Positions 24,319 to 36,535 of a stretch of 64,000 nt of DNA are shown here, piece by piece. Within the stretch, counting starts at the first letter, position 1. Every line of letters begins with the position of its first letter. Source of the stretch: Ramazzottius varieornatus (lineage: Eukaryota > Animalia > Tardigrada). The translations under genes were made by a program, and so were the position numbers. The stretch covers positions 1,536,597 to 1,600,596 of the forward strand of contig BDGG01000011.1 in NCBI GenBank assembly GCA_001949185.1, written 5' to 3'. A model generated the notes under the pieces. It had not been told where the DNA came from. It worked only from the letters and a program-made list of their open reading frames with translations, and did no database searches.

Positions 24319-24946
24319 TAGCGCTGGCAGAAATACGATAAAATTCGATACGATATTTTTCGATACAATATCGACGGATATTTTATTGCGGACTTCGATA
24401 TTCATTCGATATCGATATTTCGATACGATATTTTTCCGACACCGTATTTTCGATATATCGTATCATATCGCAGCGATATATCGATATTACTGGAATTTTA
24501 GTTTTTCGGAATTCCACTGGTTCAAGCCCAAAAACTCAAGAAGCCGATTTCCACATAAAGTACTATTAAGATCGAAAGCGTGAGATACAGCAAAGACGTA
24601 ACTACACCAAGACTTCAAACACATGGAAACCTGGACAAAATTAGTACCAGAACCGAATGGGCGGAGTGTGCTCGATACTCCATGGCCAAAATCAAGTCCT
24701 CGAATTCAACCATGGTCTTCCGTAAAAGAGATATCAATGGTGACTGGCAAGTTTGCCATTCAGCAAAATACCGATATATCGATAATATATCGATATGACG
24801 CGATACGATGTCGCCGAATATTTTATTGCATTATTCGATACGAGTTTCATATCGATATTTTCGATACGATATCTGCCGCATATTTTATCGCAAAGATTCG
24901 ATATATTTCGATACGATATCGGTATACCGTATCGTTGCCAGCACTA
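24319..24946. mobile_element. hAT-type MITE, 628 bp, with CGATA/TATCG subterminal repeats
   Basis: TIR TAGCGCTGGCA / TGCCAGCACTA. Perfect 8-bp TSD CTATCGAC at 24311-24318 and 24947-24954. Confidence 0.9.
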
Positions 24947-25364
24947 CTATCGACATTTGAGGGAATCTTCATTGTATTCGAGAAGGCTTGGGTTTTCTCT
25001 GTGTTATCAGACTCCTGATGAAAAACGTGACTCGGTCTAATTTTAGCGGTGGCGGTAGCGGTGCGCGGTCTGAGCCTACGCGTGACAAGGGGATTGTTCT
25101 CGTCCTGACATCGCGATCGTCAAACTGTCCCGACAAAACGACAGAAGAGTGTTTTTTACGACCCCAGCCAGGTAGCTAACTACCGGAACCATCGTGGGGT
25201 AAAGCTGTACATGAGCTTGGCGAACGAACGTCGCAGTAAACATAAGCTGGACAACTCGAAAGTAAGGATGGGCATTCCTCCGAACCTCCTCCATGGAACG
25301 GAATCCGGAGAGTATAGAAAGCAAAAACCAGGCGGAAGCTCGGCTTAGCCCCGTTTAACAATTT

Positions 25365-25472
25365 CAGCAAGCTCGTTTCCACGTGGCTCACTCTTTGAAC
25401 CAGTTGTACCAAAGCGTGCGCCACTTGGCAAAACAATCAAGTCGAGGTTGTTGGCCGAGCTGGCGAGCTCCA
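25365..25472. repeat. Palindromic element, one unit (intergenic)
   Basis: gtggctca-N26-tgcgccacttgg at 25383-25428, followed by gccgagctggcgagctcc. Confidence 0.8.
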
Positions 25473-25777
25473 CATGAGCTTGGCGGGAATGGACGTCACA
25501 GTAAGCATACGCTATGTGCGTCATCATATGTGCAAACTCGACATTTATTGTGACGTCAGTTCGCTTAGCTCGTGAACCAGTACAGTGCGCCAGTTGTTTG
25601 CGAAAACTGAGGACCTTGCTGTGGTAAAACCGATTTTTATAACCGGAATTCCTTTTTCCAGGCGGAATTAGGAACCGAGCGGGAAACGGAATGCCTATCC
25701 TTACTCCAAGGTGGCCTGAGAACAGTGAAATACTGCACAATCAGCACAATTAACCATTACGTCCATCGTCCGAAAGC

Positions 25778-25923
25778 CAGTGTTGAACAAAGTATCGGTA
25801 CTACTTTTTAGGTGAAGTACAGGTACCCATAGATCAGGCCTAGGTACTGGACCGGTAAATACTGATACTCTTTCCGGTACGCCAGCTAATAGTGTTACCG
25901 ATACCTGTACTTGTTCAACACTG
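25778..25923. mobile_element. hAT-type MITE, 146 bp
   Basis: TIR CAGTGTTGAACAA / TTGTTCAACACTG. Degenerate 8-bp TSD ccgaaagc / ctgaaatc. GTAC-rich interior. Confidence 0.7.
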
Positions 25924-26580
25924 CTGAAATCTGAGTTTGGCGTCAATTCCGACTGCTGTAGGTTACCGCGCGGTCGTTCCTGAAGTTAGCTACGTGGCTC
26001 TGATCGTGAGAGAAGCTTTACTCTATCGTTCTGCCGGATGATTTGATGATTGAGATGTCAGGACAAGCACGATCCCCTTGTGAGTTACATGGCTTGGGGC
26101 CTGCCATTTACCAGGCTCACTGCACATGGGACCACGACGTCTGGTAACGGATCAAATTCTGCTACGTTATGATAGATTTTGGCGCTCATATGGGAGTTAG
26201 GGGCATTACAGCCTGGACGGCTGGCGGTTCTATCCACCGTTCTCAGCTCTTTTGTCGGGAGGATAAATTGATACATCAAACCCGAGTTCAGTAAAGACAC
26301 CCTGAATTATTTTCTGGCACCCTTTCTCACGCCTGGACTAGCGCCCGGCCCTGCAGTGCCGCTTCTAATATCGTATAGAAGTACGGAACAAGAATCTCGC
26401 ATAGGAAAAATTACCATGAGGAAACAGTATTTCATAGTTCTAGTGCGGGAACACAGTACCAGCATTACACGAGGCAATATGGCGGAGTTTGGGGTCCGGA
26501 TTTCGATCTGTTCATTTGGAAGCCTTCTACCACGGATAGAGATGCTCGCAAGGGTTGAACTTCTGAGACCTTATCTTTTT

Positions 26581-26705
26581 GGTGAAGACTCCTCTCACCA
26601 CCGATTGGCTCACCTCACCACCGGTTTTAATTAACACACCACTGATGAGCTCCCCTCGATGAGGTGAGCCGATCGGTGGTGTCGATGGTGAGAGGAGGCT
26701 TCACC
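26581..26705. mobile_element. Mutator-type MITE, 125 bp
   Basis: 20-bp TIR GGTGAAGACTCCTCTCACCA (19/20 match). Perfect 9-bp TSD TATCTTTTT at 26572-26580 and 26706-26714. Confidence 0.85.
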
Positions 26706-26709
26706 TATC

Positions 26710-26850
26710 TTTTTAGCCAGTTCGGGAGCGGCGGGCAGTTTCACAGTCGCACATTACTCGTGCACACGACTGGTCAATGCATCGGTCTGCGTGCCGATGG
26801 AACGTTTGCGATTACTGAACTGTCCGCCGCTCCCTAACAGGTTCAAAAAA
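26710..26850. repeat. Inverted-repeat (MITE-like) element
   Basis: Arms gggagcggcgggcagtt / aactgtccgccgctccc with extended imperfect pairing. Confidence 0.6.
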
Positions 26851-29278
26851 TATGCTGCTGGTAGCTTAAACGTAGCGCGCATTCCTGACCATGGAGATCT
26901 TTTGCAGTGCAGCTGCTCCAAGCTACTTGGAGAAGCGTAGTGAAATAGAGGAGTCCAGGCCTTTCCGATTAGTCAGAGCGCATGTCGGTAGAGATCCAAG
27001 CCGGTAAGGATCTGTTCTACGTTCTGAAAGAGAAGTCTGCCTGTAGATAGTCGTACGATTCTGTCCTGCGTCTTCAGTGCGACCATCTCCCGTCTTCTTG
27101 ACCGGAAAACTTCCAGGCAGCAAAAACATCGCTCCTAAGTTTCGTGACGCTGGATCTTTACAAAGTTAAGGCGACATTACTTCTACTCTGGGTTCGACAA
27201 CACGAATTCGAAAGCGTCTAGTGTTATAGATCAAAGCGTCGTCCAATGGCTCAACAGCAAAGTTCACTCGACAGCTTCCAGTTTCTGAATTATAAAATTA
27301 CGATGTTGGTTGAGTCAACTTAGAATCGGCCTTTGCTGTCGTCAATCGGATAGAGTGACCGGAGACAGAATGCGGACGGCATGCGCATCCGGATCTACTA
27401 GCCGTTGCGTTTAGCAGCTGTCAAGATACATTATGCAGACCTACCTGTGAGATGTGACAATTGCTTCTTCTGCAACCGAACAGCGTTTCTGCACGAGACT
27501 GCTTGGCATGAACTGCGCAGTGCGATCAGCTAATCGACGTCCGGTTATGGCTCGACTTGATCAAGTAATCAAGCGCGCGTCTGATCAGTTGATCGGTTTC
27601 ATGCGAAGAGCACAGCGGGCAACTCCAGGCAATCATGAACCGTCCGGAACTGATCTCGGGCGTTTGAACTGTCACATCTCGCAGGTAGAACTGTATAGCC
27701 TTTGCTTGGCACCGATACTGCCAGCATGGAGCTTTGTCACTCTTTTCAACGCACTTGTCCGATGAGGGTACATCTTTAGATCGTACATAGATTGGCAATG
27801 TTTGGCGGTTGCGGGATATAGAAGGATTTGATTGGATTAAGTTTCGAGCAGAGGGAGGCATGCAAGAGACGACAGGGCACACTGAAAACCAACTCATTCT
27901 CAACTGATCCTTATATGCAGTGCCGGGGCCGGCGCGGACTGTATTGAATGTATCACATCGAGAAGGTGATGTCAGGTGCTAAGGCTAATATCCGCACAAA
28001 AGTTTCAGCCGAACAAGACGTCATGCGTCAGTTTTCATGCATTCGATACAAGCCGCGCCGCTCTTGTGCACAGCTCCCACAGAGACTGAACTACAGCAGG
28101 TCAGATGAAGCTCACTTTGTATTAGCTCACTTTGGCGGTCACCGCTAAACATTGACAGTATACTGAGCGATCGTCAGAAAAAATTTGTGAAATGGCTTGA
28201 TGTGTTTCTGAACAACTGATTTGTACATGTTGGTTCGTTAAAAGAGCCCGTGCGATTGGTTCGATAAAGATGTACGATTCTGCGCGATTCTGACACCCAC
28301 GTCGTCCACAGGCAGTATCCCTGCGTGAGGCATCTGCCTTACCTTGCCATGCGCGGGATGCACTCAAACTTACACATTAGCTGCCTTGTCTTTTTAGCGT
28401 CGTTACGAGGCACAACCCTGTTTCTTTTGAAGCCGTACAAGCGACGAATTTACTGCACAGAGCACAGCGAAGAGAAAGGTAATGCAATAACCAACTGACT
28501 AGTGCGACAATTTTTTGAAAAACGCGTCGTCCAAAGTGAGTTACTCTCTCTCTGCCTTTTTCTTTTAAATGCCCGATTGGCATTGTAGGTCACCTTTTGA
28601 AAAACCTGTCACTTTCTAGGCGAGGTATTCATCTACAGCTTTAGTACTGGTTGGCTCTTGACCAAATGCATGAGTAGAGATAGAACGCTGTAAAACCAGG
28701 ATCGTGTTTGTGGTTCCACAGCAGCGCACTTGAGCTTTGTTGTGCGCTGTGCGTGCCAGTACATTGTAGTGGGACCATTGCTCAAACATACGGAATCTTT
28801 ACACGGAAACGTTCCCCCATCTCCCGTATCTGTCTCTCAGAAGAGCCGGAATACTCGATAACATTTCCTTGAATAGGAGAATGTTCAGTACTCGTAATGA
28901 CGGCGCGAAAAGTCTTCAGTCACACTGACGGTCTTTCCTCCGCTCGGGGAAATGGAGAAAGCTGGCTGGTTGGACCAGCTACTCAGATTCTGAGTGGGCT
29001 TGGTCCCAACGGCCACTGCTCAACCCGCCGCCGGTGATCATACTTACTCTGTTCCGCGGCCACGCCCACAGCCAGCCAAAACTGCTGAATCGGAGCGCCA
29101 CAGTGTCCTGCTCGTACTGTGCACGAGCTTATTTTACGTTCCAATCACGCCTGATCGAGTCGGACTCGGGCTAGACTTTTGCGTTCCGAGTGTTCAGGAC
29201 TAGTAATTTAATCAACTTACCAAAATTTCCTGTAGCCATATGATTTTAACCGGCGCCGCGATATTAGGGACCAAGAGA

Positions 29279-32200
29279 ATGAAAAAGGCTACACAGTATT
29301 TTGAAGTCGTGTCTGTGGTAATTTGGTTCATCTGCGCTCAAATTAGCGTTTCGGCATTCCGGCTTAATGTTATCACTGTCTACACTGGTCAAAACCCATT
29401 GTATGGTTTCATCTCAACTGGGCCGGCATACACTGCGGCGCTGGAGAGAGCAAAAACCCTATATCCGGAAGTGTACAGAAACCTCACACTTCACACTATC
29501 TATTATCCTGGGGGACTTATCAGCTGCGCGGACGGAGCTGTGCAGATGAACTTCATCGCGGGACAATTAGTGAAATTCTGGATCGGGCAACCGGCTTTAC
29601 TGTCATCTATACAGCCAGTATGAAAAGAGCGACTAAACTTAACCTGCGGATCTGCCCTCATTGTAGAGATCTTTATTCAAGTTTAGACTGGGCTAAAATA
29701 GGTTCTATCATCATAGTTCGTTGTAGGCTGCAGTATGGAGACCATGACCCTGGGAGATTTCGCAAGAGGTACGTACCACACCTTGCCACTCTTGAGAAAG
29801 ACAATACTGCCCCTTTCAATCATGAATGAGAATTCCCTCTTGGCGCTTTTCTGCGAGAGAGTGCATAAAGAGTGTTTACTGTATACGTAGAATGGAACAT
29901 TCCAATGTTCTCGAGGTAAGCAGACTACCGTAGGTACAGTAAACTGCAGAAAACTTCATAGCGTACCATATACAGTAATTCCTTACTGCGCGGGAGGTCT
30001 TAAAATTGTCTTAGAGAATAATGTCCACATGTCTTTCAGTTCTGCTGGAGATTCTAGGCTAGCCAACAAACAACGTTACCCGACTACGCTGACCGCCGCT
30101 GGTGTGGACCACACCAGCACGCCAAGAAGTCTCTTGGCGTTAATCGATCGCTTCAAATGGCGGACCGTGACCACCGTTTGCGACGCTTTATCTCAGTTTC
30201 CCGGTGTCAACGCTTTTTTATTGTTGCTTGCTCCAACCTCCGCCTTATCCAGTCACAGCAGCGGACTAAATATAACTTTTACAACTTCGATTTTGATTCT
30301 AACTTCACTTCCGACTACGCTGCTTTCTTATTACAAGCAAAAAGTCGGCGGCAGTGGAGTGGCCACACTACGAAAGTCCAAGCACCGTATGGGGTGATTG
30401 ATTGGCTGATCGAAATCAGCTGATTTAGTCAAAACAGGCTTATTAACATTGGCAAGACTCTGCCTTCTCCCGCAGATCCCTGCTCAGCGTTTCAAGCCTT
30501 GTTTCGCCTTCCTTATGTCTGACAAATAGGTTAACATGATTATCTATCAAATGAATGAAAAACGAAAGGATTTGAAGGAGTGGCTGCTGAGGTCTAGCTG
30601 TGGCCACTTGACAGTCGTTTTTCCGAGGTGGCCACTCCACTGCCGCCTCCTCGTAAGCATCATCAGGCGTCAGATTTAGAAAACTATTACAGTACCATTG
30701 TGCCCGCATTTGCAGTGATTGTTCTAATGACCCATCCGAAAATCCTGCGCGATACCATGGTAAGTAACGAGGCTGCTCCGCTTCTGCGCCCAGGAGCCAG
30801 GAACTTTCTGGCTTCCACGAACCGAACTACGAAACCCGTCCTTTACTTTCCATTCAGGTGTGCGCCCATACGCTTGCCATGACCGATGGTGATTATGTAA
30901 GTGGAACTCATGTTCTCTTCGGGAACCAGTGAACGCGTACCGTTCACTGGTTCTGAGTTGCAGGTGTTCCTCGCCGGTATGATCACTCGGGCTCCAACGA
31001 GGGGGCCCGTAACGTGGAAATTTGACGACGGACAGGACGAGATGCCGTTTCTTCGACAGCTTGTGACTAATCATCTTATTTTGCATCGATTTTTGTGTAA
31101 AATTCTCACTTTGATTTCCTAATGGGCTAGGTCGCTTTTGAAACCTTCAAAAGTCTCATCATCTACTCAAACGTCGATCCCGACTGGGACAAAATCGCAG
31201 ACTGGGTAGGAGCTATTTCCGATACGGCCAAAGACAACTTCAATACGACATACACAGAGGACCAAAAGGTACCCTATCGGTATCGATTCCGTTTTTCTCG
31301 CGCTATATTTGCTGATCTATCGAGCACCGTACTGTACTCACGAGGGACCATTCAGACCGCGTCACTCGCCGATCAGGACTTTTGTAAATCAATGCTTTTT
31401 TTATGATAGCTGAGGCTCCTAGCTCTCTGGAAAAAAACAGCAGGAAAGGCACATGACCACTTCCTAGAGCTGGAGAAAATCCCAAAAGTGCATCGTCCAC
31501 CGTGGAGCCACTGTTATAGCCTGTATCGAGTTACCCTACAGGCCGAATTTTTAGGCTGCATTGTTAATTGGCCATCTAAAAAGTGACGTTTCAGCACGCT
31601 TGATGGCTATATTAAGTGACGTAGACAAGCTCGTATCAGGTCGTTTGATCGCTCCGAGTGATACATGCTCGCAATGTTCAGACCGGTGCCCGGATGAGCT
31701 CGCCATACTGCCGCAAGCTGCCGACTCACACCACAACCTGGCAAGCTCTGCCGGGACCTTCTATCAGTGCAACTTGCTCCAGTTGTTGGCGGCGTCGTCT
31801 GTGCGCCGTGCTTGCTGGCACAGAAACGTACGCCGTCGTACAACACTCGTACAGTACGAGGTAAACTTCACAATTCGGGCGGGCCAATTTTCCCATCATA
31901 AAAACCCTAGATTTCCCGTGTGGAAGGTGTAAGATCAATCTTTAAAGCTCATACGTTCTGCCACCAACAAAACGCAAATCTTTCGGGGAAAAATATCTTC
32001 GGTATGTTTATACTGTACGTATTGCGACCCTGTGACAGATTCCGTCAGAAACTGCGGAAAATACTTTGAACACGGGTTTAGCCATTCCTCACTGGTATGA
32101 GGACTTTATTTTACTTCATTTTATTTATTGTTGCGCCTTCCACAAGTGAAATCGAAAGTTTTCTCAAATAACGTGCAGTTTTCGAGTTGTCTTGTGTGAC

Positions 32201-34130
32201 GCTATGCAGCCTACAATACAGGTTCTACGGTGGACGACGCACCTGTGGGAGTTTCTCCAGCTCCATGAAGTGGTCTTCTGCCTTTCTTCCCGATGCTTTG
32301 TAGGTAAGAGTCTCAGCTATCTTATCGTATAAAAGCTTTGATATCTGGATCGGTGAGTGACATGGTATGAATGGTCCCTCGTCAGTGTACTGTCTGCAAA
32401 ATTTACGAACCGTATGTACCTTAGTTTGTGTAGTATAGTGAGTTTGCCATTTCGGCGTACGAAATCCTGCTAGCATCCGCTGAGGTATATCTGGATGTTT
32501 GTGCGAGTTGCCAACCTTACATTGTGAGCTTGACAAATGGACCAGTTTCGTCCTCGATAGTCCTTCAACAGAATGTACGTACCGTCGATCTAGATGGCGC
32601 ACAATTCGCCAGACATTTCTGGAATCGCCCTTTTTGCTTTCCATCCAGGAACCTCACAATGGGACCCTATGGTGAGTCGGTGCACTCTGCGAACACGAAC
32701 CTGATTTTGGCACATGGTTCTTTTACTTCAAGGAATGCGGATAGACGATGTTGTGTTTTCCCGTCTCAACGTATCCTCCGGAGCTATCGAGGTATTTGCA
32801 AAGGGGCGCAACATGCTTAGTCTCTCGTTAGTAAACCGTGATAATAAAGAAAATGGACAGGAGGAAGTTTTTGGTTTAGGAGGCCTGGCGATACGATGCT
32901 CTTACCAGAGTACTGAAGAACACGTCTGTCTCGGCCGCTGAGTGGTGGATGAGCGGCGGAAAGCCTCCACCCGATCAACCAGTCTGCGGATTCAGCGGAG
33001 AGCGCTGCAATCCCGGTGGTGAGCATCACGGCATGTTGTAAAAGCTGGACAATACAGCGGACACGGACATTGGACGATTTCCGGTTGGACAGCTGTACTG
33101 TACAACAGTACCGGACAATTGTACTGGACAAATGCATTGGACAAAAACTTTTAGAAGGTACGTAGGAAGTCAACAGGAAATTCTCTTATGTCCATATGAA
33201 GTAAGGTGATTTCGAAGCGGTAATTTTGCGCACTATAATTGTGGAAGACGGTATGCAAGATGGTGGAATAGTCCAAAAACAATTCTCGAGATGGCTGTGG
33301 AAGAACAGATATCAGTTGCGCTCAAAAATGCAGGTAACGTTGCAGATGAAGCCTCTCGTGTGATGAGCGAATTATCCTTATGGAAGATCGTTTTATCACT
33401 GAATAACTAGTCTGAAAAAAAATTTGCCTTAAACAATTCCGCAAATATTAATATTTTCGTTCAGATTGCTTACATGGCGGTACGTTACCGACCAGGTGAG
33501 TTAGTGTCCATGACAGGAGCAACTCGTTAAGATCCAATGAGTCTCAAAAAAGGACATAAAGTAATTCGAAGACGATCTAACAGTCGTTCGCAATAAATGA
33601 AATCCAGTGAGCTTCAAAAATCACACTGAAGGCAGTCCTTTCTTTATCACAATGGCGCCCAGACAGGCACCTTAAAATGCGCGATTATCGATCATCCAAC
33701 ATGAGAACGGTTGTTTTTCCGCTGGACTATGCTGTGGTAAGCGGATCTAATGAGCGCTGAAAGTTGAGTTTGCTGTAACTTTCGCTGGCTCTTCGCCTCA
33801 CTGATACTGATACGGATGCCGTACTTGATTTTTCAAAGTGTTCTATATTGTTTTTACTACTCAACGAATTCTGATTCACCAGAAAGATGAATTGGAATTT
33901 GCAGCTATGAAAATTTGAACTTCCTGTGTCCAGGGAATTTGTCCATTACAATTGTCCAGTACAGTTGTACAGTACAGCTGTCCAGCCGGAAATTGTCCAA
34001 CGTCCGTGTCCGCTGTATTGTCCAACTTTTACAACATGCCGATGATCACAGCGCTTTGAGATTTGCAGTGGTTTCGTCGTCGAGTTGTTTACGCAGCTAT
34101 AACCGGAATTCTGTTCTCTTACCGCAGGCC
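29279..34130 (+). pseudogene. ANF-receptor / receptor guanylyl cyclase-type ectodomain gene, disrupted
   Basis: Signal peptide, then exon peptides TGPAYTAALE, GCSMETMTLGDFARE-WNIP, LANKQRYPT, LIDRFKWRTV, AMTDGDY-VFL, GAQFARHFWNR and juxtamembrane PPPDQPVCGFSGERC. Frameshifts near 29570 and 30215. A TE is inserted at 33030. No kinase or cyclase exons found downstream. Confidence 0.75.
33030..34040. mobile_element. Non-autonomous Mutator-like element, 1011 bp
   Basis: ~110-bp TIRs beginning GGCATGTTGTAAAAG with internal TGGACA repeats. 9-bp TSD-like gagcatcac / gatgatcac (7/9). Confidence 0.8.
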
Positions 34131-34952
34131 AACCCTCGGCTAGCATCATCGCTGGAGTGCTCGCTGGACTCTCCGTATTTCTTGCTGTCACTGCGTGGCT
34201 TGGTCTGAAGTGAGTCACCAAACTATGCAAGAGAACACGCATATATGTGCGAACTTCGTTAGGATCAATATTGCTTGCAGAAAACGGAAGATCGCCGATG
34301 GCAATGGCCTGTCGTGGTGGGCTTTGCATACGGATGAAATCGATGTTCGAAAGAAATCTACGATTTTGTAATCACGGAAATTTCCCAGCCCGTTTTCCTC
34401 ATCAAACTTAATACCACACTGATGTTTCAGTTTGTTGATTTACTAATTCTACGATTTCATTTCCCGAAAATTCAGAAACGACCCGATAGAATAATATGGG
34501 CAAAACAATAAATACCAAATGTCCCCCGGAAAAATCCCCAAGAGCGACACGTACTCTTCAGGTCTATGCCTCGAACTAGCTTTCAAAATCGAATGATGTC
34601 CATGGATTCTGAGTGGGCCGGGCCCCGCCGGCCCACTGCTCAACGCGTCCCTGCATTAGTGCTGGTTTTTAGTTGTAGTACGGTAAAAATCACCTACCCG
34701 TGCCGCCGTATCAGAAAGGTATGGCCCATGATTTTCAATGTCGCATAATTTTTCATCGTACGTGTACAAATCATACCAAGTCGGTTCGACGGCACAATGC
34801 ACTTTAACCCACAACGAGTCCGCCAGTGAGAAAGCTATTAAGTCTATCACGGTATGACAACAGCTCCGACCGAAGCAGCTGTCTACCGTCGTCTAGCCGT
34901 CGTCAAACCATAAACCTTGTACACAAACAAAACATCCATAACAAGATTCCTT

Positions 34953-36014
34953 CTAATGTGACTTTTTATCATCAGGTTTGGCTGTCGAACCAGCTTTCAA
35001 ATCCTTCCCCTCATCTTTTGCTGTCTTCGCTTGGGCAGTTGCTGGTGGCGTTACATTTGCTTTCGCTGTTGTGCCTACTGGTTCTGTCGAAGAACTAGCT
35101 GCTTTGGGTAAATGAGGGTTAACGGGAACAAGATGAGAATGAAGTGGGGGTTTGTGATCAACCAGGGACTTAGTGCTATCCTTGACCGACTCTGCCATGT
35201 TCTTCACATCTGCTCTCAGCGAAGAGTTCCCATGCGAATCGTGACTGGCCACACTTCCAGAACTTGCCTTGCTGTGAGGGGTGGTGGCTTTTGCTCCAGG
35301 GAAAGTCAGAAGGTCGACTATTTTATTCGGAGCTGCGGCGATGGCTGAAAGACTCTTCGATACACCTGCAGTAATCAAAAGCAGGTAGGAACATCGGGAA
35401 GAGCGATAAAGGCAAGCTGCTGATGACAAGCCATACGGTAGGTTTTCCGACCGTGACAGTGTAAGAGAAGCCGACCCGACGGCCTGCTACAATGTCGCCT
35501 ACGTAGAACCGGAGCGCTGGTCGGCCATAGAGTACAACTGTCATGCTAGTCCGCACGTCACCAGGTATAACAAAACCGCCCATTGAGCCTGCCATAATAG
35601 ATTTCTACCATATTTTTACCTTTCCGTTTTAGCTTGTTCCTTACCGTAATTCCACTTGTCTACTAGATGGAAATCAGGCACTACCAGCTTCGGAACATTC
35701 ACCTGTAAAGAGAGGACGATGATGGGTCACATGGAAAAAGTCTGGAGCACGGGAGAAGCAAACCTTGTCGAGGTACGTTCTGATTTGAGGCACAATGACG
35801 GCCAAGGCGCTATGTTTGGCATTTTCGTATCCTGCGATCGTGGAAGCACTGTCTTTCCATATCCCACAAAGCGAAGTGACTTCTACAGCTGCAAGCGCCA
35901 CCCCAACCTTCACGAGACTCCTGCAGAGAAGAAGGCGCATCAAACCCAAATTGTATCGTGCATCACTGTTCGTGCAAGTAAGTGAAGTAACACTTACTTC
36001 GTTACCGAACGCAT
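34953..36014 (-). CDS. MICOS13: MICOS subunit MIC13/QIL1-like with C-terminal extension (exons 36014-35998, 35920-35764, 35702-35645, 35365-34953; 214 aa)
   Basis: MRSVTKSLVKVGVALAAVEVTSLCGIWKDS... and VDKWNYGVSKSLSAIAAAPNK match the QIL1 N-terminal TM/GIW and WNxG...AP motifs. Splice phases are consistent. Confidence 0.75.
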
Positions 36015-36535
36015 GCCGTACGATAAGTATTCTCCTTCAGTCCAAAATTCTCCTTAGATTACCGACTGAGGATCAAGCACAGTCGCCAAGATGCGCAGAC
36101 GAAGAAAGAGACTGCAAAATGCGAAGAAGCATCCACCCGAATGCTTCGTTTCCGTCGGAGAAGGTAATCAACAATCAAAGCCTGATACTGGTTTCGACGT
36201 CAGCGCGCCGCAGTGACGTCGCTCGCCACTTGTCGCAGCATTCGCATTTCACACACGCAGCATTCACATTTCGTTTCCGGCCAGAATCCGCCATCGCTTG
36301 TAGCAATCTTAGTGAGCACCAAGCACATGAAAGAACTTGACGGGAGCCCTGGAAGAAGCTGCGCAAAAAGTCCGACCGTTTGAACTGTCGGATCGACCAC
36401 GGTAGCGGATTACTTTGCTCACGAATCCAAAAACCAGGACGATAAATGTGGCAAGACATTTTTATGCATGGTTTACATGTGTCCTTGAATTGTATCGTAC
36501 TAATATATGAGACGCAAAAATAATACGCTTGATAT

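Larger units (their letters stand above)
21356..25703 (-). mobile_element. Decayed autonomous-type hAT DNA transposon
   Basis: The end at 21356 (TAAGGTTGTGTATTCC plus ATTCCT repeats) is homologous to the 3' end of the MITE at 1268-1855. Candidate other end GGAATGCCTATCCTTA at 25688-25703 matches 12/16 with no TSD, so that boundary is uncertain. Encloses transposase remnants. Confidence 0.65.

Noticed and set aside
24230-25040. Ile/Arg/Tyr/Asp-rich ORFs
   Set aside because: They are translations of the CGATA subterminal repeats of a MITE.
35562-35588. 27-nt in-frame cassette exon in MIC13 intron 3
   Set aside because: It is AG/GT-bounded and symmetric, but the acceptor is weak and inclusion would split the conserved WNxGV helix. 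No evidence without transcripts.
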